DNA of 64,000 nucleotides. Origin: Candidatus Acidiferrum sp. Lineage in GTDB: Bacteria > Acidobacteriota > Terriglobia > Acidiferrales > UBA7541. How positions within the stretch are numbered: the stretch's first letter is position 1; each line of letters opens with the position of its first letter. Below are positions 20,401 through 29,840 of the stretch, one piece after another. The notes under the pieces were generated by a model. That model searched no databases and was not told the DNA's origin. It saw only the letters and a list, made by a program, of their open reading frames with translations. Position numbers and translations under genes: made by a program. The stretch is taken from NCBI GenBank assembly GCA_035693365.1, contig DASSGS010000011.1, forward strand, positions 11,844 through 75,843, read 5' to 3'.

Positions 20401-22464
20401 ATGACGCCATATCGCCTGATTTTGCCTCTCTTTTGCGCCTCCGTGGCGGTGCTACCTGCCCTCGCCCAGTCCGACGCTCCCGCGCAAGCTCCCGCAACCC
20501 GCAAGGATCCGCTTCGCGCCGACGCCTACTTCAACTTCACCATGGGCCATATTTTTGAGCAGCAATATGAACAGACCGGCGCCGGCGAATATGCCACCCG
20601 GGCGATCGATTCCTACAAAAAGGCTTATGTGGTGGACCCGACGTCGCCGATCATTGGCGAACGCTTGGCGGAGATGTACTGGAAGGCCCAGCGCGTCCAT
20701 GAAGCGGTTACGGAAGCCAACGAAGTTCTGAAGCGGCATCCCGACGATCTTCCGACCCATCGGCTTCTGGCCCTGGTCTATCTTCGTAGCCTCGGCGACA
20801 TCAACGGCTCAAACATCCAGTCGGAAACCATCGTGAAGGCCATCCAGGAGTACAACGCTGTTCACCGCCTGGATCCTGCCGACCAGGAAGTGACCATCTG
20901 GCTCGCGCGCCTCTACCGCCTGCACAATGAGCCCGAAAAAGCGGAGGGCGTTCTGACCGGGTTGTTGAAAGATGATCCGGAAAATGACGCGGCTGTCGAG
21001 CAACTGACGCAACTGCTTCTGGACCAGAACAAGGCCGAAGAAGCGATCTCCCTGCTGAACGGAATGATCGGGCGATCGCCCTCGCCCACGCTCTACGATC
21101 ACCTTGGCGACGCGTACACGCAAACCCGGGATTTTCCAAAAGCCGAAGCGGCGTATCGCAAGGCCGTGGAACTGGACCCCTCGGAGCTGACTCATCTTCG
21201 CGGGCTGGCGCAGACCTTGCTGTCCGAAGAGAAGTACACCGACGCGCTGACCGCCTATCAGAAACTTTCCGACATGCTGCCCGACGACGCGGACACCTAT
21301 CTGCGCATCGCGCAAATTTATCGCGAATTGCACCAGTTAGATAAGGCCGAGGAAAATCTCGTCAAAGCGCGGCAGTACGCGCCCGGCAGCCTGGAAGTGA
21401 TGTACAACGAGGCGATGATTTATGAATCGCAAGGGCGATTCGAGGACGCCATTCGCGTGCTCTCCGACGCCGTCACCGGGGTAAAGGCGCAGTCGAAAGT
21501 TCTGCCGTCGCGGCGGCGTTCGCTCTCAATTCTCTACCAGCAGCTGGGCATGCTCTACAAAGATACGCAGAACTATCAGGCCGCCGTCTACACGTTCCAG
21601 GAACTGAGCCGCCTGGGCGATGAAGAAGACCGCCGAGCCCGACTTCTGATCATGGACACTTATCGTCAGGCCCGCGACCTGCCGAAAGCTCTGCAAGCCG
21701 GCAAGGAAGCGATTGCCAAGTATCCGGACGATTCTTCGATCCGCAGCAGCCTGGCCATGATGCTGGGCGAAGCGCAGCAACCCGATGAGGCAATCAAGTT
21801 GATCCAGGCCGGACTGAAGGGCGGCGCGGGGGATCGCGAAACCTATTTGAGTTACGCGCAGATTTACGAGCGCAGCCACCGCTTCACGGAAGCCGAAACC
21901 GCCGCGCGCAAGGCCGAATCCCTGGCCGTGCAGCCCGCCGACAACGAACTTGCCTGGCTGATCCTGGGCGCTATATTTGAACGGCAGAAGCAGTACGACA
22001 AGGCGGAAGAACAGTTCAAGAAAGTCATCGACGTCAATCCGAAGAACGCGATGGTCCTGAATTATTACGGCTACATGCTTGCCGACCGGGGCATCCGGTT
22101 GGACGAAGCCCGCGACCTGATCCAGCGCGCGCTGGACCAGGAACCGTTCAACGGCGCTTATCTCGACAGCCTCGGCTGGGCGTATTACAAGCAGAACAAG
22201 CTCGATCAGGCCGAGCTGACGCTGCGCAAAGCCGTGGAACGCGAATCGCACGATCCCACGATTCGCGAGCATCTGGGCGATGTGCTGGCGAAGCAGGGCC
22301 GCACCGAGCTTGCCGTGGTCGAATGGGAAAAATCGCTGAATGAATGGCACCGCTCCTTGCCAGCCGACCTTGAAGAAGATAAAGTCGCGGAAGTGGAGAA
22401 GAAGCTCAGCCAGAACAAGCACCGTGTCGCGCAGAAAAGTCCCCCTGCCGACGCCAAACCCTGA
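20401..22464 (+). CDS. Exported tetratricopeptide repeat protein
   Basis: Signal peptide, many TPRs, LNYYGYMLA...AYLDSLGWAYY typical of the TPR gene upstream of ispE. Confidence 0.88.
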   Translation: MTPYRLILPLFCASVAVLPALAQSDAPAQAPATRKDPLRADAYFNFTMGHIFEQQYEQTGAGEYATRAIDSYKKAYVVDPTSPIIGERLAEMYWKAQRVHEAVTEANEVLKRHPDDLPTHRLLALVYLRSLGDINGSNIQSETIVKAIQEYNAVHRLDPADQEVTIWLARLYRLHNEPEKAEGVLTGLLKDDPENDAAVEQLTQLLLDQNKAEEAISLLNGMIGRSPSPTLYDHLGDAYTQTRDFPKAEAAYRKAVELDPSELTHLRGLAQTLLSEEKYTDALTAYQKLSDMLPDDADTYLRIAQIYRELHQLDKAEENLVKARQYAPGSLEVMYNEAMIYESQGRFEDAIRVLSDAVTGVKAQSKVLPSRRRSLSILYQQLGMLYKDTQNYQAAVYTFQELSRLGDEEDRRARLLIMDTYRQARDLPKALQAGKEAIAKYPDDSSIRSSLAMMLGEAQQPDEAIKLIQAGLKGGAGDRETYLSYAQIYERSHRFTEAETAARKAESLAVQPADNELAWLILGAIFERQKQYDKAEEQFKKVIDVNPKNAMVLNYYGYMLADRGIRLDEARDLIQRALDQEPFNGAYLDSLGWAYYKQNKLDQAELTLRKAVERESHDPTIREHLGDVLAKQGRTELAVVEWEKSLNEWHRSLPADLEEDKVAEVEKKLSQNKHRVAQKSPPADAKP

Positions 22465-22472
22465 GTCCGTAA

Positions 22473-23384
22473 ATGCGAACAATTCGAATTCCGGCGTACG
22501 CCAAGGTCAACCTGCGTCTGGAAGTGCTTGGTAAGCGCGCCGACGGGTACCACGAACTGCGCACGATTTTTCAGACCGTGGGACTGCATGACACGCTGGA
22601 GTTCCGTTCCTCGCGGCGCCCGAGCGTCTCGCTGCAGATTCAGGGCAACGAAATCCTTGCCAAGGAAGAGATTGAGAAGAATCTGGTCTATCGCGCTGTG
22701 GATGCCTTGCGCCGAGAATCACGCGTTCGCCCCGGCGTTGAGATTCTGCTTAACAAAAAGATTCCAGCGGGCCGCGGGCTGGGCGGCGGCTCCAGCGACG
22801 CGGCTGCGGCGCTGCTTGGATACTTGCAATTCACGCGGCAGAAAATCGAAACTTCGCGCATACTGGACATTGCCGCCGGGCTTGGCGCCGATGTTCCGTT
22901 CTTTTTGTTTGGCGGCACGGCCCTGGGGATCGGCAGGGGCGAGGAGATTTATCCTTTGCCGGACGGCCCGCGCCGGACGCTGCTGATTGTCTCGCCGAAA
23001 GACATTCACGTTCCGACGCCGGACGCCTACCGGTGGCTGCATGCGCCGGAATTGGCTTCGTTGACAAAATCCGCCGCGAACCATAAACTATTTAAGTTCT
23101 GTGCTCTATGTTGGAGCGCGCAGGAAGCGTCTCTTTCGAATGATTTCGAGGGGGCTGTCTTCCAGCGGCATCCCCGCCTTGGCAAGATCAAGCGGGATCT
23201 GCTCCACCGAGGAGCTTCAGAAGCCTTGCTGGCTGGTAGCGGTTCGGCGGTGTTTGGAGTTTTCCCGAGCCCAGCTAAGGCGCGCCGAGCCGTTGTCGGG
23301 TTTCCGCACGATCAAGCCTTCGTCTGCGAAACAATTTCGCGGGGCAGGTATGCGCGGTTGGTAAAAAGCGCGATTGTCCGTTGA
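22473..23384 (+). CDS. ispE: 4-diphosphocytidyl-2-C-methyl-D-erythritol kinase
   Basis: AKVNLRL...DGYHEL, IPAGRGLGGGSSDAA, LGADVPFF, NDFE, GSGS. Confidence 0.95.
   Translation: MRTIRIPAYAKVNLRLEVLGKRADGYHELRTIFQTVGLHDTLEFRSSRRPSVSLQIQGNEILAKEEIEKNLVYRAVDALRRESRVRPGVEILLNKKIPAGRGLGGGSSDAAAALLGYLQFTRQKIETSRILDIAAGLGADVPFFLFGGTALGIGRGEEIYPLPDGPRRTLLIVSPKDIHVPTPDAYRWLHAPELASLTKSAANHKLFKFCALCWSAQEASLSNDFEGAVFQRHPRLGKIKRDLLHRGASEALLAGSGSAVFGVFPSPAKARRAVVGFPHDQAFVCETISRGRYARLVKSAIVR
23061..23089 (+). promoter_or_regulatory. Internal sigma70 promoter inside ispE, probably driving prs and downstream genes
   Basis: TTGACA-17 bp-TAAACT. Confidence 0.65.
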
Positions 23385-23494
23385 TCCTCCAGCGTCTCTT
23401 CGTCTCCCAAGTGAAGTTGTAGCGGCCGCCTTCCGGGGCGGGCGTCTTGCACCTGAATCCATCACCGCGATCCGGTGATGAAAACGAGAAGCGT

Positions 23495-24439
23495 GTGAAC
23501 GACGAGCGTTTCAAAATATTCACGGGTACCTCCAATCCGGCGCTTTCTGCCGCGATCTGCAAGCATTTGGGCGTACCGCTGGGCCAGGCCAAGCTGGACC
23601 GCTTCAGCGACGGCGAAATTTATTTTCAGATACTCGAAAACGTGCGCGGAGCCGATGTGTTTGTCGTGCAGCCCTGCTCGTTTCCGGTGGACAGCCACCT
23701 GCTGGAACTGCTGCTGATGATCGACGCGTTCAAACGCGCTTCTGCGTGGCGCATCACTGCGGTGCTTCCGTACTACTGTTATGCGCGCCAGGATCGCAAG
23801 GACAAGCCGCGCGTTCCGATATCCGCGAAGCTTGTCGCCGACCTGCTGGAAACTGCCGGCGCCAGCCGTGCGCTGACGCTCGATTTGCACGCCCCGCAGA
23901 TTCAGGGCTATTTCGACGTGCCGGTGGATCACCTGTATGGTTCGCCCGTGCTGGTGGAATATTTCCGCCACATGAAGCTGCCGAACCTCACCGTTGTTTC
24001 TCCGGATGCGGGCGGTGTGGAGCGAGCCCGCGCGTTCGCGAAGAAGCTCGATGCGCCGCTGGCCATCGTGGACAAGCGCCGCGTGGACATGGACGTAACC
24101 GAAGTGATGAACCTGATCGGCGACGTCAAAGGCCGCAGCACGCTGATCGTGGACGACATTATCGATACCGCAGGAACGCTGGTGAAAACCGCCGACGCGT
24201 TGATCCGCGAGGGCGCCACGCAGGTGTTCGCCGCCTGTACGCACGCGGTGTTTTCCGGGCCCGCGGTCGATCGCATCGTGAAATCCAAAATCACCGAAGT
24301 GGTGGCCACGGATTCGGTGCCCCTCTGCGAAGCCGCCAAGGGCGTCAAGAAAATCAAAATATTGAGCGTCGCGGAATTGCTCGCCCGCGGCATTCGTTCG
24401 ATTCACGAGGAAACTTCGATCAGCGAGCTGTTTATTTAA
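23495..24439 (+). CDS. prs: Ribose-phosphate pyrophosphokinase
   Basis: RFSDGE, YARQDRK, DLHAPQIQGYF, SPDAGGVERAR, VDDIIDTAGT; GTG start at 23495. Confidence 0.97.
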   Translation: MNDERFKIFTGTSNPALSAAICKHLGVPLGQAKLDRFSDGEIYFQILENVRGADVFVVQPCSFPVDSHLLELLLMIDAFKRASAWRITAVLPYYCYARQDRKDKPRVPISAKLVADLLETAGASRALTLDLHAPQIQGYFDVPVDHLYGSPVLVEYFRHMKLPNLTVVSPDAGGVERARAFAKKLDAPLAIVDKRRVDMDVTEVMNLIGDVKGRSTLIVDDIIDTAGTLVKTADALIREGATQVFAACTHAVFSGPAVDRIVKSKITEVVATDSVPLCEAAKGVKKIKILSVAELLARGIRSIHEETSISELFI

Positions 24440-24506
24440 GTGTCAGGGCGAGGTTGCGCTCTGAGGGTTTTGTAGTCGCCGGCCTTTTGGCCGCCAAATG
24501 AAAGGG

Positions 24507-24583
24507 GATAACAGCGAATAGATAACAGATAACAGGAGGCAACTACTGATTCCTGCTATCTGATCGCTGCTTTCTGTTATCCG
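24507..24583. repeat. Heptamer tandem array facing an array of its reverse complement
   Basis: GATAACA GCGAATA GATAACA GATAACA, then CTACTGA TTCCTGC TATCTGA TCGCTGC TTTCTGT TATCCGA. Confidence 0.65.
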
Positions 24584-24598
24584 ATAAGGAAAGAAGCT

Positions 24599-25300
24599 AT
24601 GGCAAACATCATTGTTGAAGGCGCGCCCCGCGAAACACGGGGCAAAAACGAAGCGAGGCGGTTGCGCGTTTCCGGAAAAGTGCCCGCCACGCTGTACGGT
24701 GGCAAGGGACAGGTGCTCGCGCTCGCGGTGAACACGAAGCAGGTTACGGCGATTCTGCGCTCCGAGTCCGGGCACAACACCCTGTTCCAGGTGGAACTCG
24801 GCGGAAAGCAAGAGCCCGCGATCGTGAAGGATTGGCAAGTCGATCCGGTCACCGGCAATCTGCTCCACGTGGACCTGCTGCGCATCGCCATGGACGTGCG
24901 CATGAAGGTGAAGGTTCCGGTGCATACCTTTGGCGAGCCATCCGGCGTGAAAGTTCAGGGCGGCGTCTACGAAGTCGTCACCCGCGAAGTTGAAGTCGAA
25001 TGCTTGCCCGCCGACATCCCCACCGAATTCAAGGTGGACGTCAGCGGCCTGGTGTTGAACCAGAGCTTGCGCGCCGGCGAACTGCCGATCGACGCCAAGA
25101 AATTGAAGCTGGTTACCGACCCGCAGACGGTTCTCTCGCACGTCGTTACGTTGCGTGAAGAAGAAGAGAAGCCGGTGGAAGCGGCGGTTGCCACGACTCC
25201 GGCGGAGCCCGAAGTGATCAAGAAGGGCAAGAAGGAAGTCGAAGGCGAGGAAGGCGAGGAAGGCGCGAAGCCTGCCGAAAAGCAGGAAAAGAAGAAGTAG
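24599..25300 (+). CDS. rplY: 50S ribosomal protein bL25/Ctc (long form)
   Basis: GKNEARRLRVSGKVPATLYG, DPVTGNLLHVD, ECLPADIP. Confidence 0.95.
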   Translation: MANIIVEGAPRETRGKNEARRLRVSGKVPATLYGGKGQVLALAVNTKQVTAILRSESGHNTLFQVELGGKQEPAIVKDWQVDPVTGNLLHVDLLRIAMDVRMKVKVPVHTFGEPSGVKVQGGVYEVVTREVEVECLPADIPTEFKVDVSGLVLNQSLRAGELPIDAKKLKLVTDPQTVLSHVVTLREEEEKPVEAAVATTPAEPEVIKKGKKEVEGEEGEEGAKPAEKQEKKK

Positions 25301-25330
25301 TTCTTTTCCGCACGGCACGCGCCAAATATC

Positions 25331-25915
25331 ATGCGGCTCATTGTCGGCCTTGGCAATCCTGGCCCGGAATATCAATGGACGCCGCATAATCTTGGTTTTC
25401 TGGCCGTGGATGAAATCGCGAATCGCGCTTCCATCCGCGTCGAGAGGCCCGAGGGCAAGGCCCTGGTAGGGTTGGGGAAAGTGGCCGGGCAGGAAGTGGT
25501 TCTGGCCAAGCCGCAGACGTACATGAATCTCAGCGGGATCAGCGTTCGCGACCTGCTGGAAAAGTACGAACTGGGCCCCGAAGATTTGCTGGTGATGTTC
25601 GACGAACGCGATCTGCCGTGGGGCATGATTCGCATCGGGGAACGAGGCAGCGCGGGAACGCACAACGGCGCGAAGTCGGTGACGAGTGTCGTGGGCACGC
25701 AGGAATTTGCCAGGCTGCGGCTCGGGTGCGGCCCGGATCATCCGGTAGGCGATTTAGCGGACTACGTCCTGCGGCCGATGAAAAAAGCGGTCTTGGAAGC
25801 GGCCAGCGAGATGGTGGCCGAGGCGGGCGACGCGGTGGAGCTGATGCTGACGCAGGGAATCGCCGCCGCCATGAACAAGTTCAACCGGCGCGTGCCGCCG
25901 GCGGAAGAGAAGTAG
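25331..25915 (+). CDS. pth: Peptidyl-tRNA hydrolase
   Basis: LIVGLGNPG, HNLGF, KPQTYMNLSG, HNG. Confidence 0.95.
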   Translation: MRLIVGLGNPGPEYQWTPHNLGFLAVDEIANRASIRVERPEGKALVGLGKVAGQEVVLAKPQTYMNLSGISVRDLLEKYELGPEDLLVMFDERDLPWGMIRIGERGSAGTHNGAKSVTSVVGTQEFARLRLGCGPDHPVGDLADYVLRPMKKAVLEAASEMVAEAGDAVELMLTQGIAAAMNKFNRRVPPAEEK

Positions 25916-25990
25916 GGGCGACCATTAGGCCGCCAAGCCGCAAACGATTTCCCGGGCCCAGCGCCCGGAACAGGAAGAAACGAGGTCATC

Positions 25991-26407
25991 ATGGAAGAAC
26001 GTTTGTACGATCTGATTTTCATCGCCCGCCCGGCCACGCCGGAAGACGAAATCAAGAAGGTGCTGACCACCATCGAGCATGCCGTCGCAGAAAAGGGCGG
26101 CAAGATCGAAAAAACCGAGCACTGGGGCACGCGAAAGCTGGCGTATAAAGTGGCCAAGCATCGTGAAGGCATTTACGTCTACCAACAGGTGCGCACCAAT
26201 CACGGTGAGCTGGTCCACGAGCTGGAGCGGCGCCTGGGCGTGCTGGACTCGGTGATCAAATATCAGACCATCCGGCTGGACGAAGAAATCAAGCGTCAGA
26301 AAAAGCTTTCGCACAAGCGCGAGCAGCGCGCCGCGCGCCGTCCGCGCCGCGTGACGCAGCCACCGGTTCCCCCGGCACCGGCCGAACAATCCACCGGCGC
26401 CGCCTGA
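25991..26407 (+). CDS. rpsF: 30S ribosomal protein bS6
   Basis: YDLIFI, WGTRKLAYKV, ELERRL. Confidence 0.95.
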   Translation: MEERLYDLIFIARPATPEDEIKKVLTTIEHAVAEKGGKIEKTEHWGTRKLAYKVAKHREGIYVYQQVRTNHGELVHELERRLGVLDSVIKYQTIRLDEEIKRQKKLSHKREQRAARRPRRVTQPPVPPAPAEQSTGAA

Positions 26408-26523
26408 GCGAATGTAGCGGCGATCTTCAGGTCGCCACGAATTCCGAAGTAATGGCCAGTCTTCAGACCGGCCCGTATCGCGAAATAGTTTTTTGATTTG
26501 CCATATTGGAAAGGTAGGAAGTT

Positions 26524-27039
26524 ATGTCAGAGGAACAGAAACCAGTGCAAGCCGCACCTTCTTCGGCGCCAGCAGCCGCGGAAGCCGGCCACGCCCCCGC
26601 AGCGCCTGCAGCTCCGTCCGCTCCCGCGCATCGCTCCGAAGGCGGAGGTCCCCCTCGCCGTGAGGGTGGACATTCGCATTCCGGCCCGCGCCGTGAAGGC
26701 GGTCCGGGCGGCGGACGCCGTGAGGGCGGCCCCGGAGGTCCGGGTGGAGGCCCCGGCGGCCCGCGCCGCGGCAAGCGCCAGTATTTCCGCAAAAAGAAAG
26801 TCTGCAAGTTCTGTGTCGAGAAGATGGACTTCATCGACTACAAACGCGCGGACATTCTTTCGCAGTTCGTGCAGGAGCGCGGCAAGATTCTTCCGCGCCG
26901 CATGACGGGCGTGTGCGCGCGCCATCAGCGTTGGCTTGGGGTAGCCCTGAAGCGCGCCCGTAACATCGCGCTGATGCCGTTTGCCGGCAGCGCCGCGGGC
27001 ATCCAGGCGCCGCGCGCCATCGAAGCCCCGAAGGCGTAG
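26524..27039 (+). CDS. rpsR: 30S ribosomal protein bS18 (Zn-binding type) with long low-complexity N-terminal extension
   Basis: [30 protein letters not shown]. Confidence 0.95.
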   Translation: MSEEQKPVQAAPSSAPAAAEAGHAPAAPAAPSAPAHRSEGGGPPRREGGHSHSGPRREGGPGGGRREGGPGGPGGGPGGPRRGKRQYFRKKKVCKFCVEKMDFIDYKRADILSQFVQERGKILPRRMTGVCARHQRWLGVALKRARNIALMPFAGSAAGIQAPRAIEAPKA

Positions 27040-27207
27040 CAGCAGTAGCACGGGCTTTAGCCAGTGCTGCTTCTTGGGTGCCTTTGTAGCAGCCGCCCGC
27101 CGCGGCGGGCGCAGTTTGTAGCGGCGACCGCTTGTGGTGAGCGAAGCGAACCATCAGGTCGTCAGAATTTGAAGCGCAAGATTTTCGAAAGAATTCAGGA
27201 GCAAGCC

Positions 27208-27654
27208 ATGCAGATCATTCTTCAAGAAGACGTAGAAAAACTCGGCCACCGCGGCGACGTGGTCACCGTGAAGCCCGGTTACGCCCGCAATTTCCTGTTG
27301 CCTAACAAAATCGGCATTCAGGCCACGCCGGGGAACATGAAGGCGCTCGAGCGCATTCGCGGCGCGCTGGCCAAGAAAACCGCCACCGAACTCGATGCCG
27401 CCAAAAGGCACGCCGAGTCGCTGAACGGCGTTGCCATCAAGTTTCACCGCAAGACCGGAGAGAACGACCAGATGTTCGGCTCGGTCACGACCGGCGACAT
27501 CGCCGAGGCCCTGAAGGCGCAGAAGTTCGAAGTGGACAAGCGCCAGGTGCAGCTCGCAGAGCCCATCAAGTCCATCGGCGAATTTCCTGTGACGGTTAAG
27601 GTATTCCGCGACGTCACGGCCGAAATCAAAGTTCACGTCGAAAAAGAAGTCTAA
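27208..27654 (+). CDS. rplI: 50S ribosomal protein bL9
   Basis: MQIILQEDVEKLGHRGDVVTVKPGYARNFLLP, MFGSVT. Confidence 0.96.
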   Translation: MQIILQEDVEKLGHRGDVVTVKPGYARNFLLPNKIGIQATPGNMKALERIRGALAKKTATELDAAKRHAESLNGVAIKFHRKTGENDQMFGSVTTGDIAEALKAQKFEVDKRQVQLAEPIKSIGEFPVTVKVFRDVTAEIKVHVEKEV

Positions 27655-27681
27655 CCAATCCCGTACGATCGAGTTCGCGCG

Positions 27682-27714
27682 GTAGGGGCACGATACATCG
27701 TGCCCTCTTTTTTT
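27682..27714 (+). terminator. GTAG-REP hairpin acting as intrinsic terminator after rplI
   Basis: GGGCACGAT-AC-ATCGTGCCC followed by TCTTTTTTT. Confidence 0.75.
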
Positions 27715-28007
27715 GAATGCGGCGGCGAAGCTTCCGTTTTTGACCAACGCAACTGTTTCAGCCAAACGACTCTGGGTACCTCGGCTTCTTGAATCCCGTC
27801 GCCATTCTTCCACGAGAAAAGTTTTCCGACATTATCCTCACGATTCACAGCCGGTCCAATTGACGGGCGCGGATTCTGCCCGCACAATCCGTGAAGAACT
27901 TCGGCTTGGGGTGAATCGTCCGCCGGAGAATTTTCCGTGCTTGCTTTTTTGCGCCGCTCTTTTCTATACTAGCGAAACAAAAGCGAAGAAAGGTCTCTCT
28001 TTTCGCC

Positions 28008-29375
28008 ATGTCCTCCGAATCCGCTCTCGAACGCCCGCTTCCGAATAACCTGGACGCCGAGCGTTCGATCCTTGGGGCCATCCTGTTCGACAACAACGCC
28101 CTCAACGCCGCCATCGAAGCCCTGAAGCCTGATGATTTTTTTATCCCGCAGCATCGCAACATTTTCACCCGGATGATTGCCCTCGGTGAAGCCCAGCAGG
28201 CCATCGATCTCGTCACCCTTACCGAAGAGCTGCACCGCCGCAGCGAACTGGACGCGTCAGGTGGAGCTCCGTATCTCGCCTCGCTTGTGGATGGCATGCC
28301 CCGCGTGACCAACGTGGAGCACTACGCGCGCATCGTCAAAGAAAAGGCCATGCTGCGCAACCTGATCCACGCCACGCACAACATCCAGCAGCGCGCGTTC
28401 GAAGGGGAAGACGGTGCGGACGCCATCCTTGATAACGCCGAGTCCAGCATTTTCGCCATCGCCGAAGATCGCATCAAGGCCGGACTCATCTCTGTCAAAG
28501 ACATCGTCCGCGACAATTTCGAGCGGCTGGAAAAAATCTTTCGCGAAGGGAAGAGTGTTACCGGTGTTTCCACCGGATACACGGAGCTCGATAAACTTCT
28601 ATCCGGCCTGCAGCCTTCGGAACTGATCATCCTTGCCGCGCGGCCGTCGCAGGGAAAAACCGCGCTGGCGCTGAACCTGGCGGAAAATATCGCTCTGCGC
28701 GGCGGCCTGCCGTGCGCGCTGTTCAGTTTGGAAATGTCCAAGGAATCCCTGCTGCAGCGCCTGGTCGCGTCGGTCGGGCAGGTGGACGCGCATAAATTCC
28801 GTTCGGGCCATCTGAGCCGCGAGGACTGGCGCCGGATGACCGAGGCGCTGGGCACGATTTCTTCCGCGCCGCTGTGGGTGGACGATTCGGGTTCCAGCAG
28901 CGTGCTGGAAATTGGGGCGAAGGCGCGGCGGTTGAAACGCGACAAGGGCCTTTCGCTTTTGATCGTCGACTATCTGCAGCTTATCAATGCGCGCGGACGC
29001 TTCAACTCCCGCCAGGAAGAAGTCGCCAGCATCTCTCGCGGCCTCAAGGGCCTCGCCAAGGAATTGCAGATCCCGGTTCTTGTCCTTAGCCAGTTGACCC
29101 GCGCCCCGGAACGCGAAGAGCGCGGACCGCAGCTTTCCGACCTGCGCGAATCGGGCGCCATCGAACAGGACGCCGACGTGGTGATGTTCATCTATCGCCC
29201 CAATTGGGGGAAGATGGATCTGACGCCCGAAGAGCGCGATATGGCCGACATCGTAATCGCGAAGCAGCGCAACGGCCCCACGGACAAAGTGAAGTTCGTG
29301 TTCCGCAGCCGTTTGACCCGGTTCGAGGAAGCCGCCCCCGACGCGTTCTCGCAATTCTCCGGCGGCGAACAGTAA
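28008..29375 (+). CDS. dnaB: Replicative DNA helicase
   Basis: AARPSQGKT, FSLEMS, IVDYLQL, SDLRESGAIEQDAD, AKQRNGPT; no intein. Confidence 0.97.
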   Translation: MSSESALERPLPNNLDAERSILGAILFDNNALNAAIEALKPDDFFIPQHRNIFTRMIALGEAQQAIDLVTLTEELHRRSELDASGGAPYLASLVDGMPRVTNVEHYARIVKEKAMLRNLIHATHNIQQRAFEGEDGADAILDNAESSIFAIAEDRIKAGLISVKDIVRDNFERLEKIFREGKSVTGVSTGYTELDKLLSGLQPSELIILAARPSQGKTALALNLAENIALRGGLPCALFSLEMSKESLLQRLVASVGQVDAHKFRSGHLSREDWRRMTEALGTISSAPLWVDDSGSSSVLEIGAKARRLKRDKGLSLLIVDYLQLINARGRFNSRQEEVASISRGLKGLAKELQIPVLVLSQLTRAPEREERGPQLSDLRESGAIEQDADVVMFIYRPNWGKMDLTPEERDMADIVIAKQRNGPTDKVKFVFRSRLTRFEEAAPDAFSQFSGGEQ

Positions 29376-29422
29376 CGTGGTGGCGGGCTTCAGCCCGCCG
29401 GCCTTATGTCGAGGAGGCTTCC

Positions 29423-29830
29423 ATGCCCAACCGGTGTATCGAGATTCACGACAGCGTTTTGAACGGCATTGCTATTTCGGGGCACATCTCGGAGCTTCAC
29501 TTCTCATCTGTGTACATTCACCAGAGCGACGGAAAGCCCGGAGTAGACCAGGGAGTTGGTTGGTTTCAAGAAGCCGTCTTGCGTATCTTTGGTGCTCGGA
29601 CTCCGGATAGTCTGCCCCAATTCCCCATTGATCTCATGGACGGCCAGACAGTTTTGGGGCAGCTCGTCTCAGAAAACGAAATTCCGTACCCTCTAAACCA
29701 TCAAGGCAAATTTGAACTCCGGTTGATTCCGAAGTGGCATCCTGATGAAGTTCTCTCGTTCATCGGTACGGGAGCGGATCTGACCCTCATCGGAGAGCCT
29801 AGCGAAGTTGAGAAATTCCCGCGCTCGTAA
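29423..29830 (+). CDS. Hypothetical protein
   Basis: GAGGAGG RBS, 135-aa ORF (MPNRCIEIHDS...), atypical codon usage. Confidence 0.6.
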   Translation: MPNRCIEIHDSVLNGIAISGHISELHFSSVYIHQSDGKPGVDQGVGWFQEAVLRIFGARTPDSLPQFPIDLMDGQTVLGQLVSENEIPYPLNHQGKFELRLIPKWHPDEVLSFIGTGADLTLIGEPSEVEKFPRS

Positions 29831-29840
29831 GGAGATACCC

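Noticed and set aside
23385-23494. Expected tRNA-Gln between ispE and prs
   Set aside because: No cloverleaf, T-loop GTTCRA or anticodon arm is visible
26640-26770. CRISPR-like repeats in the rpsR 5' region and in the REP clusters
   Set aside because: These are coding low-complexity repeats or isolated hairpins; there is no constant repeat-spacer period and no cas genes
28008-29375. Intein in DnaB
   Set aside because: Length is normal (455 aa) and the motifs are contiguous
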